64,000 nucleotides of DNA from Myxococcota bacterium (GTDB lineage: Bacteria > Myxococcota_A > Polyangia > Nannocystales > Nannocystaceae): NCBI GenBank assembly GCA_039028615.1, contig JBCCHT010000014.1, positions 1 to 64,000 of the forward strand, read 5' to 3'. The first letter of the stretch is position 1; each line of letters opens with the position of its first letter. Shown one piece after another: positions 1 through 9,735 of this stretch. Made by a program: the position numbers and the translations under genes. The notes under the pieces are model-generated. The model was given only the letters and a program-made list of their open reading frames with translations, had not been told where the DNA came from and did no database searches.

Positions 1-3000
1 CATCGAGTCCAACGCGTCGGAAAGCCTATTCAACAACCAGCCTCGCTCGGCGTCGGACCAAGGCTGCTTCGTCACACCTTCGATGAGTTCCAAACGTGCT
101 TTGGCCCACCCCCTCCGTCTGAACGCCTCGCTCAGCGTGGCGACAGTCGCGCGTGCTTTGGCCCATAGCTCTGCTGCCAACGCCTGCTCGAGCAGCTCTC
201 GATGCGAGGCCTCGGGCGCCCCTTCGCTGCACACCTCATCCCAGTATTCGACGAGCACGGCCCGCCCTGCCTTCGACCACGGCGGCCCGTCGGTGCGGCG
301 CTCGACCACCTCTCGGACGAACGGGTGCACGCCCCACCGCTGCTCCTGCATGCTCGTCAACAGACCCCGTGACCGCAGGGCATCGGCGCCATCCCCCATA
401 CGTCGCACCACATCGAGCGGTACCGGCAGCCCAATGCCACAGCACTCGCCCAGCAGCACCAATGCCTCGGGCCGCTGGCGTTCCAACAAGGTCTCGAGCA
501 GCAAGTCGGCCCCCGCCCTTTCGGGCAGCCCCGCCAAGGCCGGCTCCAACACCTCGCGGCGAATCGTGTCGACGGAGCTGCCGGTCAGCGAAAGCCCGGT
601 CTGTTCCTCCCATCGCGCCGCCTGCTGTCCCACCAACTCGTTGGTCCACTCCACCGCACGTGGGTGGCCCTCCATTCGGCCGGAGACCAGCTCTTCGCGG
701 AGCACGGGCGGCAGCGCTTTCAACCAGCGGTGCCATCGCGTCATCCGCAGCATCTCGCCCTCCGAACAGGGCTCGATCGGGATCCACTTCCCCTCGGTCT
801 CGGCGGGCTGATAGCGGGTGGTCAACAACACGGTGGTGTCGGAGGGCACGGCTTCGCATATCGCCTGAAAGAACTCGGCCACCTCGGCCGAGCGCCACGG
901 CACCCGATCTCGAGCCCCGTCCATCGCCGCTCGCTCGACCTGCATGGTCTCACCGTTGTCGATGTACAAGACGCCTCCCCGGCCGACCGAGCGCACCAGC
1001 TGGGCGAGTGCCCGCCCGCGCGAGGCTGGCCCCTCGTCCCGCTCGATGGCGTCCAGCCGAGCACTCCAGTCCGCGGGGCACGAGGGATGCGCGAGCACGG
1101 TTTGGTTGACGAACTCGCGCAGTACCGAGAAAGGATCAGCGTGTAGCTGCTCCTGCCCGTCGAGGTGCTGCAGCGGGAGCATCAGCGCCCGGTCCTGCCA
1201 GCTCGGTCCCCCCTTGGTCTGCGTGTCGGTCAACAACACGCGCGCCACCTTCATCATCGTGGCCGTCTTGCCCAAGCCACCCAGGCCAAACAGCCCCAGA
1301 ACCCGCTCCCCTTTCCTGCGTTCCTGGCGAAGTCGCGCGAGCAGGCGTCGCCGACCGATGAAGCCGAGACCGAGGTCCTTCAGCCCGTAGAGTTTTTCGG
1401 CGCCCGGCTCGAGCAGGTGGCGCTCCAATTCCGGGGGCGGCGGCTGGTCCACGTCGACCAAGGGGACATTCGGTCCGCGGTGGTAGAGGCTCAGGAGCGT
1501 CCACGACAGCGGAAACCGAGCCCACCCCTTGCGGGTGTCGATGGGACGCTGGGTCCGTAGCCGGGCCTTGCGGACGGCATCGAGGGTGGAACCGGTTTCG
1601 GCCAGCCCCTCGAACAAGCGTCGGTCGACGGCCACCGCCAGCGGGTCCGGTACGGGGCCGAAGTAGCCGAGGATCTGGGGGATCCCCGCGCGGTGCAGGT
1701 CGGCGGCAATCGATGGTGAATCCGCTCCCGCCCCTCCCCACTCCCTCGCGCGATCGTCCTCGGAGGCAGGCTTGCCACTGCCGGCCCCGTAGCAACACGA
1801 CAACCAGATCGCCTCGGGCAGCTTGCCCATCGCGTCCCGCAGGGTCTCGAGCAGGCGTTTGGCAGGAACCTCGTCGGGTCCGCCGTCGTTGTTCTCGAAC
1901 ACCAGCTGCCCCGGGATGCCGTGACCAGCGAAGTGCAGCACGACCGCCGATTCGCCATCGACTTTGGACGCGCGGTCGACCGCTGATACGCGCTTGGCCG
2001 CTTCACGCAGGTCCTCGAGCGTTCCCATCTCCGTAAACAGCGCCTGGCCCTCGACCTCGAGCAACGCACGGGACATGCGATAGCTGGCTTCTTCGAGGTT
2101 GAGCTCCGGCAAACCGGGGCCCTTGGGGGCCGCAACGTGGGCAACCACCGACAACCTTGGAAGGGTCCCACGGCGGTTCTGGTCCTCGGTCAACCCCGGT
2201 ACGACTGCCTCCCGCACGATGTGCACCTCCCCTCGGGCCACGGGGAAACGGTCGCCCAGCATCAGCAGCTCCCACGGCAGCACCAAAGCGTTGTTGGCCG
2301 CCTTGTCGTCACCGTGGACCTGAATTCGCACCAGAGCCGCGTCCTGCCCGGCGGATCTGGCCGCCAGCGCCTGGAGTACCTCGAGCCCCGCGGGCGGCAA
2401 CAACTCGGTGAGCGCCTGGCCGACGGATTTCGCCAGCTGCTGCATCTGGGACTCCACCGCCACGCTGCTCTGGTCGACATAGGCACCGCGTTCGTCACAG
2501 GGCAGTCCCTGCCCCGCACACTTCCGCAAGAGAGTCAGCATCTCTTTCAAATCGGGCGGGTCGACGTCGTGTTCATGGCCAGCGGCTTCGATCCGCCACC
2601 GCGCCTCTTCGGCGTGAATCGTGATGCAAAGCTCCCCCTCGCTCTGCTCGCGCTCGGCGACCGCCTCGGCTGCGGCGGCCTGGAAGACGCGCGGCAACAT
2701 CTCGACCGAGGGCAGCTCCAGAACTTGCAGCACATCCCCGTAGCGCTCGCGTGCGGTCCGACCGTCGTGCAGCGGCTCGTCCAGCGCTTCGGCTTCTCCC
2801 GGACTCATGAGCGCCACCCACGTGTTGAGTTCCTCGCGTTGCGCCTCAGTGAGCCCATCCACCCACTCGAGCAAGCGCGGGTCGAGCATCGAGCATCCCA
2901 CGAACAACACTGGATGCCTGGCCAGCAGCAGGTCGAGCTGGCCTTTCAGGAAGCGATAGCGATCTTCGAACGGGGTTTGGCCCTCGGAGGTCAGCACGAT

Positions 3001-3507
3001 CTCCGACCAGTCGGTCATGTCGCCGTAGATCGACAAGTACCAGCACCCTTGCCCCGGGCGCTTCAAGTTGCGCTCGAGAGAGCTGTGGGTATGCGGAGCG
3101 CGAAGCTCCTGCATGGCTCGGCGCAGCAGCAGGTCGTAGTTGGTGTCGACAATGAACGGGAAGGTCTGCGCCCAAGCCAGGCTGGCCAAGTGGTGATGCA
3201 GCGGCCCGGGCTGCGAGTCCTGGCCGTCGGGTCGCAGGCGGTGCTCGAGGTAGCTGCGAAGCTCGCTCTTTCGGTAGATCCGCTGCTCCAGCCCCCGCTC
3301 GAATGCCGCATACGGCTCCTCGACCTCCGGCATCTTCTTCCAGCCGATCGGCGCTTCGCGCATTCCCTCGGCCAGCTGCCGCAGCGTGGGCAAGGGCGGG
3401 TTAGCTTGGCCACTCACGCCCTCGCCGATCCACAGCGTGGGTTTTCGGCCTAGCTGGCGCTCGAGGACTTCGAGGAGATGGGGAGGGAGCTTCTCGGAGG
3501 CGACCAT
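1..3507 (-). CDS. SIR2-like (degenerate)-CHAT-STAND NTPase(-TPR) NLR-like protein, 3' end outside window; paralogue of 10495..14982
   Basis: Not in the ORF track because the frame is open to the left edge. Manual translation from ATG 3507 gives MVASEKLPPHLLEVLERQLGRKPTLWIGEGVSG...DTNYD...LSIYGD...HFAGHG...WLSCCYG...GLGGLGKT...VLYIDNGE...SDALDSM, colinear with 10495..14982. Confidence 0.93.
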   Translation of the reverse strand, partial: MVASEKLPPHLLEVLERQLGRKPTLWIGEGVSGQANPPLPTLRQLAEGMREAPIGWKKMPEVEEPYAAFERGLEQRIYRKSELRSYLEHRLRPDGQDSQPGPLHHHLASLAWAQTFPFIVDTNYDLLLRRAMQELRAPHTHSSLERNLKRPGQGCWYLSIYGDMTDWSEIVLTSEGQTPFEDRYRFLKGQLDLLLARHPVLFVGCSMLDPRLLEWVDGLTEAQREELNTWVALMSPGEAEALDEPLHDGRTARERYGDVLQVLELPSVEMLPRVFQAAAAEAVAEREQSEGELCITIHAEEARWRIEAAGHEHDVDPPDLKEMLTLLRKCAGQGLPCDERGAYVDQSSVAVESQMQQLAKSVGQALTELLPPAGLEVLQALAARSAGQDAALVRIQVHGDDKAANNALVLPWELLMLGDRFPVARGEVHIVREAVVPGLTEDQNRRGTLPRLSVVAHVAAPKGPGLPELNLEEASYRMSRALLEVEGQALFTEMGTLEDLREAAKRVSAVDRASKVDGESAVVLHFAGHGIPGQLVFENNDGGPDEVPAKRLLETLRDAMGKLPEAIWLSCCYGAGSGKPASEDDRAREWGGAGADSPSIAADLHRAGIPQILGYFGPVPDPLAVAVDRRLFEGLAETGSTLDAVRKARLRTQRPIDTRKGWARFPLSWTLLSLYHRGPNVPLVDVDQPPPPELERHLLEPGAEKLYGLKDLGLGFIGRRRLLARLRQERRKGERVLGLFGLGGLGKTATMMKVARVLLTDTQTKGGPSWQDRALMLPLQHLDGQEQLHADPFSVLREFVNQTVLAHPSCPADWSARLDAIERDEGPASRGRALAQLVRSVGRGGVLYIDNGETMQVERAAMDGARDRVPWRSAEVAEFFQAICEAVPSDTTVLLTTRYQPAETEGKWIPIEPCSEGEMLRMTRWHRWLKALPPVLREELVSGRMEGHPRAVEWTNELVGQQAARWEEQTGLSLTGSSVDTIRREVLEPALAGLPERAGADLLLETLLERQRPEALVLLGECCGIGLPVPLDVVRRMGDGADALRSRGLLTSMQEQRWGVHPFVREVVERRTDGPPWSKAGRAVLVEYWDEVCSEGAPEASHRELLEQALAAELWAKARATVATLSEAFRRRGWAKARLELIEGVTKQPWSDAERGWLLNRLSDALDSM

Positions 3508-3516
3508 CGACCCCGA

Positions 3517-3544
3517 TATGCGACGGCGTGCTCGGAATGATCTG
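3517..3544 (-). promoter_or_regulatory. CAGATCATT-N15-CATA putative ECF promoter, copy 1 (upstream of left NLR-like gene)
   Basis: AATGATCTG at 3536-3544 and TATG at 3517-3520 with a 15-nt spacer; the same motif occurs three more times in this locus. Confidence 0.65.
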
Positions 3545-3564
3545 CCGATTCCGAGATTTCTTGC

Positions 3565-5427
3565 TCATTTCTGCAGCAAGAAGCGCCGCCTCAGCATCGT
3601 GATCTTCGCCCCTGACGATCGATATCGGCGCTGTCGGTCCGCAAGGGGTGCGCCAGGGTCGTCAGGCTCCGCCGTGCTCAGGAGCGAGAAGGTGAGCGGC
3701 CGATTGCTCACCACCGCGACGAGTTCTTCGACGCGCTGGGTTCCACTCGCGGTCTCTGGCCATCCGAAACGAAGCGGGGACCGTGGTGTGCCGACGCGAA
3801 GCGAGGGCGAATCACGGGTGAGCGTCGCGCCACCGTTCGCCAGGCCGCCACCGAGGATCGAAATGCCACGATCGGCCCGAATCCGAAACACCCCTGCATG
3901 AGATGGCCAGCCTCGCTCGCGATCGACGACCTCGATCCACAACGGCGTATCCGACGTGACCCGAGGATTGCCACGTGGCCATTGGGCCTCGTCGTCGCCG
4001 TTCCAGGTGCCCCAGCGAAGGTCGAAGTGCCCATCTCGCCAGCTAGGCACGGTTCGTTCTACTGCCAACCATCCATCGACTACCGCAAGCGTCTCGGCCC
4101 AGCGAAGCCACGTGTCGACCTCGTCATCGGAGGTTCGAGCCAGTGCTTCGCCCCACGCATCGCGCACGACCACGTCCGAGTTCTCGAGTGCGAGGCCCAT
4201 GGGGCTCTTCTGCGGTCGATTTCGAGACCGCGATCCGAGCTCTCGAACGCAACTGACTTTGCCCTCGAGTCCGCTTCGTACTCGGGCTCGGCACTCGGCA
4301 TCGCCTCCCCAGAGCTCCACGGCCATCGTTCGCGCCAGGTTTCGGCGTGCGGCCCAAGCAAACTCCTGCTCCTCCAGGAGGTCTGCCCCGCCGGCTTCGA
4401 CCCGCACGCCAAGGGTGCCTTCGTGCTCGACTACCGAGCCCTGCACCGTGGGCGGCAGTGCGAGCGACCCCGTCAATGCGACCCGCTGTGCTGCCCTCCA
4501 ACCCGACGCCTCGGCCATCTCCGGGATCCACACGTCGCCCTGCCGAGCACACGGAGTCCATCCGCGAGGCCGCGCAATCCGAAGCCCGGTGCGAGGTACG
4601 ACATCGCATGGGCCACTGGTCGCCGGAGACTGTGTCTTGCGGTCCCACCTCGCCCTGACCCGATCCATCACCGCCCACCACGGCTCCTCACCGTGTGCGG
4701 TCAGCATGTCGACCAGCGCGTGCGTGAACAGTCCGACCTCGCCGCTTCGCCGCCCGCCAGCGACTTCGTCGCGCCCCGCAGCCATGACCCAGGACACTCC
4801 AGCCGAATGCTGTCCTGGCACCGTACTTCGCTCGTACCAGCTCGCGATGTGAGCCAGGAGCTCGGACTGAGTTTCCTTGGACTCGGGCCACGCGAACGGC
4901 ATGCCCGCCGCGTGGCAACAATCCAATACGATCGAGACGTGCGACGCGGTCGGCGAGTCCAGCTGCGCCGCGGTCGAGAGTTCATCGGCCCCAACGCGTT
5001 CGGCCAAGGCCTCGAGCCATGCCACTAGTTCGTCCGCGATGATGAACCGCTGCTCTGGCGTCAGGTCGTCTCGTCTCGCGTCCATCGTCGTCAACGTCGA
5101 AACAACCTCATTGCCTTCTTCGGTCTCCTGCGTCACTTGGAGACCGTGCCCCGCGTAGTACACGAGCACCCGATCCCCACCGCGAACATCGGCTTGCATC
5201 GAGTCAAACGCCTCGCTGATGGCAGCCTTGCTGGCGCAGCCCCAGTGCTGGACTGTTTCGTAGTTTGAGCCGAGCCAGCCGGCCATTCGCGCCAAGCACC
5301 CCGCTACGCCCCCGAGTTCGTCGAGCGGCACGCCGATGAGCAACGCATGCGCGCGAGATTCGGCGTCGCCAACCGTACGAAGCCAGCGCACCTCGTCGCC
5401 CGATCCCGAGGCCTGCTCCTCGGTCAC
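3565..5427 (-). CDS. Caspase-family (peptidase C14/metacaspase) protein with C-terminal beta-rich (DUF4384-like) region
   Basis: HALLIGV, YYAGHG (His), VLDCCHA (Cys), GLFTHAL motifs. The GTG start at 5427 overlaps the upstream TGA (GTGA). Confidence 0.88.
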   Translation of the reverse strand: MTEEQASGSGDEVRWLRTVGDAESRAHALLIGVPLDELGGVAGCLARMAGWLGSNYETVQHWGCASKAAISEAFDSMQADVRGGDRVLVYYAGHGLQVTQETEEGNEVVSTLTTMDARRDDLTPEQRFIIADELVAWLEALAERVGADELSTAAQLDSPTASHVSIVLDCCHAAGMPFAWPESKETQSELLAHIASWYERSTVPGQHSAGVSWVMAAGRDEVAGGRRSGEVGLFTHALVDMLTAHGEEPWWAVMDRVRARWDRKTQSPATSGPCDVVPRTGLRIARPRGWTPCARQGDVWIPEMAEASGWRAAQRVALTGSLALPPTVQGSVVEHEGTLGVRVEAGGADLLEEQEFAWAARRNLARTMAVELWGGDAECRARVRSGLEGKVSCVRELGSRSRNRPQKSPMGLALENSDVVVRDAWGEALARTSDDEVDTWLRWAETLAVVDGWLAVERTVPSWRDGHFDLRWGTWNGDDEAQWPRGNPRVTSDTPLWIEVVDRERGWPSHAGVFRIRADRGISILGGGLANGGATLTRDSPSLRVGTPRSPLRFGWPETASGTQRVEELVAVVSNRPLTFSLLSTAEPDDPGAPLADRQRRYRSSGAKITMLRRRFLLQK

Positions 5428-5801
5428 GGAGGCCCCCCCGCACCTTCGTCGAGTACTCGAAAGTAGCCACCGCCGCGTGGTGTGGGACCAGAGTTGTTGG
5501 TGTTGTGAACCTCGACGACAAACTCGGTCCCATGGGTGTACGGAGTGGACTCTTGGTGCGCCCCACCAATGTCGCTCCATTGGTCGAACGACTCGCCGCA
5601 TTCGTCCACAGCGTGGACCTCGGTAATCGTCGCGTGCACTGCCGTTGTTTGGCCCTTGATCTTGAATACGGCGGTCTGCCCCTCCGACGCCTTCACCTTC
5701 ACGTGGTGCCCTCGGGGATCCGCAGTCGCGCCTGCAACCGACGTCATCGTCACACCGTCGACATCGATGTCGACCTCAATTTCCACGATCTTCTTGCTCA
5801 T
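5424..5801 (-). CDS. Small beta-rich hypothetical protein (125 aa), translationally coupled to the caspase
   Basis: ORF MSKKIVEIEVDIDV... with AAGGA upstream; its stop overlaps the caspase start. Confidence 0.7.
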   Translation of the reverse strand: MSKKIVEIEVDIDVDGVTMTSVAGATADPRGHHVKVKASEGQTAVFKIKGQTTAVHATITEVHAVDECGESFDQWSDIGGAHQESTPYTHGTEFVVEVHNTNNSGPTPRGGGYFRVLDEGAGGPP

Positions 5802-5866
5802 CTCACTACGTCCTTTCATCCGGCGCCACTGGCCCGGTACTGTCACTACTGGTTTTCGATCGGGGT

Positions 5867-5883
5867 CAGCCTCGTCGAGGCTG
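5867..5883. terminator. Palindrome/stem-loop downstream of the kinase gene
   Basis: CAGCCTCG-T-CGAGGCTG inverted repeat just after the kinase stop; no clear U-tract. Confidence 0.3.
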
Positions 5884-5896
5884 CCCCGTGTTCACT

Positions 5897-8800
5897 TCAA
5901 CATCCTCGATCGATCCACGTCGCCATCTCTTCAAGCAAGGGTTCGTATCCCTCGTCGTCGAGTCCAGCGAAGAAGTCACGGGCATCCCGGGCACCCCGGA
6001 GGGCTTGCTCGGGCTCGGTCGAACACGAGGCCTGCGCCAACCACCACCGCGCATGTGCTAGCCGTTCGGGGTTGTCCCCGCTTTCGGTCCACTGCTCGAC
6101 CGCGGGCTGAAGCGCCACGATAGCCTCGGCATCGCGCCCGAGCTTCACCAGGGTCTCACCCCATCCCAACGACATCTCAGGGAAGTACGGGTGCGTTCGG
6201 AGGGCCGGGTCTGCGAGGAACGGCGGCACCGCTTGCTGATACAGGAGGTCTGCGCTGCGAAGATCGCCACGCCGAACGTGCGCTTGAGCGAGCTGACCAC
6301 GACCGATGTTGATGCTGACCTCGTCCGCCTCGCCCGAGCCCACTTGAAGCGCCAGCGCTCGCTCGAGCACGGGAACGGCCTGCTCGAACTGCCCCGCGTC
6401 CATGTGCACCACACCGATGGCCTCCAGCGCCCCCAGCCGACGCATATCGTCTCGACCATGGCGCTGGATCAGAATCTCGTCCGCGACGGTAGCGTGTTGC
6501 AGCGCAGCCTCGAACTTCCGCTGTAGATCCAAGACGCGAACCATCGCGATGTGCAGGCGAGCGACCCGGTCACTCCGCGGGCCCATCCCCGCTTCGGCAA
6601 GCTCCAGCGCCCGGCTGAGTTCTCGCTCCGAGGCCTCGAGGTCTCCTTTCTCGAGGTATCGGTAGCTCAGGTTGGCGTGCACTTTGTAGAGCGTCGGATG
6701 CTCGGCCCACAGCGCCGACGCCCAGAGTTTTTGGGCCGCCCGCAACGTCTCGATGGCGGCATCCGTGCGGCCGAGCCGAGCCTCGGAGGTACTCGAGTTG
6801 AGCATGGCGTGCGCCACCGCCAAGGGCATGGCCGGCTCGACTTCCGAGCGGATCGCGATCGCCTGACCAAAGAGTTCGAGTGCTCGTTCGTGCTCGCCGT
6901 TGCGCTGGAGCACCAAGGCACGGCTGTTGAGGGCCTCGGCCCGGCGCGCCCCGTCGATGCCCATGCGCTCGACCTTCTCGAGGGCGACCTGCGACGCCCG
7001 GCCGGCCTCCGCCGTGGACCCGTGCAGGTCGAGCGCGTGCGCCTTGGCCCACAACGCGAGCGCCTCCGAGCCGAGCCCGTCGCAACCGAGCGTCTCGGCC
7101 TGCGAGCGCGCGGCATCCAGCTGCTCACGAGCAAGATCGAGCCGCTGCGCCTCGAGAGCCAATCGCCCCCGAACGAGTCGAAGCCGGGCCCGAAGCGGCG
7201 CGAGAGCGTCCCCCTGTGCCTGCTCCAACGCCTTCGCGATCGAGGTCAGCGCTTCGTCGAACTGTCCTCCCACGGCAGCGGCGACCGCTCGATGTTCGAG
7301 GGCCTGCACCTGCTGCAACTGGGAAGTCGGCGCCAGTAGGGCCTCCGTCTGTTCGCACGCATCTCGCGGTCCCTCATCGCGCATCCGTTGAAGGGGCCCG
7401 ATGAGGCGCACGGGGACGGCAGACAGATCGCGGTCCGCGTCGATGTCCGCCAACGAGTCTACGATCCGGCGCAACGCATCGTGATCCCCGTGAAGGCTCG
7501 CGAGCTCCGATCGGCGAACAGCAGAGGACTCGTCTGCCGCACACACTCGCTCGAGTCTCAGATCGAGCGCCGCGGTCGTTTCCTCGAGCATGACGTCCAC
7601 CGCATCGAAGGTCGGTTCGGCCTCGGTCGAACCGGTCGCGAGGAACTCGGCGCGTACAGACTCGCGGGCTTCGCTTCCCCACAGGGATCGGGCGGAGTGC
7701 AGGTCATCGCATAGCCCGGGCGATGCACTCGATGACATCAGCATCGCGCTGAGACCGGCCGCCACGACCCCGCCCGGCAGCAGCACGAGCGGCCACCGAC
7801 GACGAGGGGAGCGCACAGCTGCCAGCGCTCGCAACAGCTCGGCCATGTCGCCATAGCGACGGGAAGGATCGTGCTGCAAGCCGCGGGCGAGCACCTGAAC
7901 CATCCCGCGGGGTACCGAAGGAGCCGAACGCCCGCGAACGTGCCGCCGACGCATCGGCATGGCATCGGTGGCCGCGATCGCGCCCGAGGCCGCCGACTCG
8001 ACCTCTCGCCCAAACGGAGGCGTGGCCTGCTGGTCCGACTCTAGAGATTGGGGCCGCGTGAGCGACAACGGCGGGCGCCCTCCATAGATGGCCTCGAACA
8101 GGGTCACGCAGAAGCTGAACTGGTCACTGCGAGCATCCGCCGTCCCTCGCACATGCTCCGGCGCCATGTAGCCCACCGTCCCGGGCGCACCGTGGGCCCG
8201 CGTCGAATCCTCGGCCAGGCTCACGGGGGCACCCGACTGCACGATCGCAATCCCGAGGTCTACGAGCTTGGATCGCCGCCCCCGGGTAATGACGATGTTG
8301 TGCGGCTTGACGTCGCGATGGACGACCTCGGCCTCGTGCAACGCGGCCAATCCCTCGCCGATGGGGGTGAGCACGTCGACCACCGTCTTCCAGTCGCGCG
8401 GCTCCCCGTCGAGCCACTCGTGCAGAGGAACGCCGTCGACCAGCTCCATCACCAAGAAGGGATGGCCCGTCTCGTCCTCGCCCACCTCGTGCACGGTGAC
8501 CACATTGGGATGCGAGACGCGGGCGAGCGCTTGCCCTTCGCGGAGCAGCTGCTCCTTGCGCTGCCCCGCGGCCACCGCCAAGCGCTTGAGCGCGACCTCT
8601 CGGTCGAGCGTCGGATCTTCCGCGACGTACACCGCGCCCTGCCCCCCGGTACCGACCTGAGAGACGAGCCGGAATCGACCGATCATCATCAAGTCCGGGG
8701 CGCTGTCGCCAAACAGCGTGCGTGCACACTCGGCTCGAAGCCGCCGCATCTCCAGGTCCTCCGGGGGCAGTGCCGGGGGGGTTACATCTCGGGAAGCCAT
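5897..8800 (-). CDS. Membrane Ser/Thr protein kinase with C-terminal TPR sensor region
   Basis: GTGGQGAV, VALK, HPNVV, HRDVKPHN, DLG, GTVGYMAPE; TM segment WPLVLLPGGVVAAGLSAML; TPR-like helices. Start set at ATG 8800 because the longer ORF overlaps the sigma gene. Confidence 0.92.
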   Translation of the reverse strand: MASRDVTPPALPPEDLEMRRLRAECARTLFGDSAPDLMMIGRFRLVSQVGTGGQGAVYVAEDPTLDREVALKRLAVAAGQRKEQLLREGQALARVSHPNVVTVHEVGEDETGHPFLVMELVDGVPLHEWLDGEPRDWKTVVDVLTPIGEGLAALHEAEVVHRDVKPHNIVITRGRRSKLVDLGIAIVQSGAPVSLAEDSTRAHGAPGTVGYMAPEHVRGTADARSDQFSFCVTLFEAIYGGRPPLSLTRPQSLESDQQATPPFGREVESAASGAIAATDAMPMRRRHVRGRSAPSVPRGMVQVLARGLQHDPSRRYGDMAELLRALAAVRSPRRRWPLVLLPGGVVAAGLSAMLMSSSASPGLCDDLHSARSLWGSEARESVRAEFLATGSTEAEPTFDAVDVMLEETTAALDLRLERVCAADESSAVRRSELASLHGDHDALRRIVDSLADIDADRDLSAVPVRLIGPLQRMRDEGPRDACEQTEALLAPTSQLQQVQALEHRAVAAAVGGQFDEALTSIAKALEQAQGDALAPLRARLRLVRGRLALEAQRLDLAREQLDAARSQAETLGCDGLGSEALALWAKAHALDLHGSTAEAGRASQVALEKVERMGIDGARRAEALNSRALVLQRNGEHERALELFGQAIAIRSEVEPAMPLAVAHAMLNSSTSEARLGRTDAAIETLRAAQKLWASALWAEHPTLYKVHANLSYRYLEKGDLEASERELSRALELAEAGMGPRSDRVARLHIAMVRVLDLQRKFEAALQHATVADEILIQRHGRDDMRRLGALEAIGVVHMDAGQFEQAVPVLERALALQVGSGEADEVSINIGRGQLAQAHVRRGDLRSADLLYQQAVPPFLADPALRTHPYFPEMSLGWGETLVKLGRDAEAIVALQPAVEQWTESGDNPERLAHARWWLAQASCSTEPEQALRGARDARDFFAGLDDEGYEPLLEEMATWIDRGC

Positions 8801-8859
8801 GAGTTGCCGTTGTCCGTGCCCCCGTAGTGGGCCGCGCCCCTCGAATTGATCGCCCGATT

Positions 8860-9552
8860 CTACGAAGCGGCCGAAGATTTTTGGGACGGCGGTGGAGTAT
8901 CCGACTCGTCGGGCGCCATCTCGTCCGCGAGGGCCTCGACTTCGGACCACCACTGCCGCAGCAACGTCGTCGAAGTCCGCGTACTCCCCGGCTCGATGCG
9001 CTCCAGCGCCTCGAGCTCCTTCTCGAGCGCGGCCCGGGCCCGACGGAGCTGCCCCGCAATGGTGGCGCGAGACCGCCCGAGCAAATCTCCCACCTGGGTC
9101 TCGGTCATGCCCGCGAAGAACTTCAAGTAGAGCAGCAGCTGCGGATCGCAGACCGTAGGCTCCGGCTGCCGTGCGCCCAGGCGCCGCATGGCTCGCAAGA
9201 CCCCGCGGCGGTCTTCGTGCAGCGACGCGAGGTACTCGACATCGTCCTCGTGCACCGTGGGCTCGGCCGCCAGCGTCTCGGAGTCGTCCGTCACGGGGGC
9301 TCGCGCCCGCTTGTTGCGAAACGCAAACACTCGGCGACGGGCGATCGTGAACAGCAGGCCGCGACCGTGGTCGATGGTGCGCTCGGGCTTGGCCGCGAGC
9401 CACTCGAGGAGCTGTTCGAAGGTCTGCTGCAGGAGATCCCGGGCCTCGACCTTCGCCATGGGAAGCATGGCCCGAAAGAACGCCAACAACTCTTCGCTGT
9501 GCTGAACGAAGAGCTCGGCGGCCTGCGCACGGCGGTCGTCGTTCGGAGACAC
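8860..9552 (-). CDS. ECF sigma-70 factor 1 with C-terminal extension
   Basis: Region 2 (EARDLLQQTF...LLFTIARRR) and region 4 HTH (LKFFAGMTETQVGDLLGRSRATIAGQLRRAR). Start codon approximate (GTG 9552 or 9558). Confidence 0.87.
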   Translation of the reverse strand: MSPNDDRRAQAAELFVQHSEELLAFFRAMLPMAKVEARDLLQQTFEQLLEWLAAKPERTIDHGRGLLFTIARRRVFAFRNKRARAPVTDDSETLAAEPTVHEDDVEYLASLHEDRRGVLRAMRRLGARQPEPTVCDPQLLLYLKFFAGMTETQVGDLLGRSRATIAGQLRRARAALEKELEALERIEPGSTRTSTTLLRQWWSEVEALADEMAPDESDTPPPSQKSSAAS

Positions 9553-9611
9553 TGGCACGATTGTATCGCAAGGGTGACATGTCGGGCCGCGAAAACGAGG
9601 GGTCACGGGGG

Positions 9612-9720
9612 TATGCGTCGCCGGGCACGAAATGATCTGCGCGGCGGCGATTTTTTTCGGTGGCACCCAGACCCGAGAAAATTGCCGCCGCACAGATCAT
9701 TGTTCAGGCGGCCGCACATA
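9612..9720. promoter_or_regulatory. Back-to-back divergent promoters forming a ~30-bp-arm inverted repeat (motif copies 2 and 3)
   Basis: AATGATCTGCGCGGCGGCGATTTTTTTCGG (9631-9660) versus CCGAGAAAATTGCCGCCGCACAGATCATT (9673-9701). Each has CATA exactly 15 nt downstream in its own direction (9612-9615 and 9717-9720). Confidence 0.75.
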
Positions 9721-9735
9721 TCGGTAGTGCGCCCG

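Noticed and set aside
5424..5801. Possible gasdermin or amyloid-signalling partner beside the caspase
   Set aside because: It is about half the size of bacterial gasdermins, has no N-terminal Cys, and shares no amyloid-like motif with the NLR N-termini.
8801..9735. N-terminal extensions of ORFs 5897..9700 and 8827..10422
   Set aside because: They overlap ECF1 and the divergent promoter; homology supports starts at 8800 and 9736.
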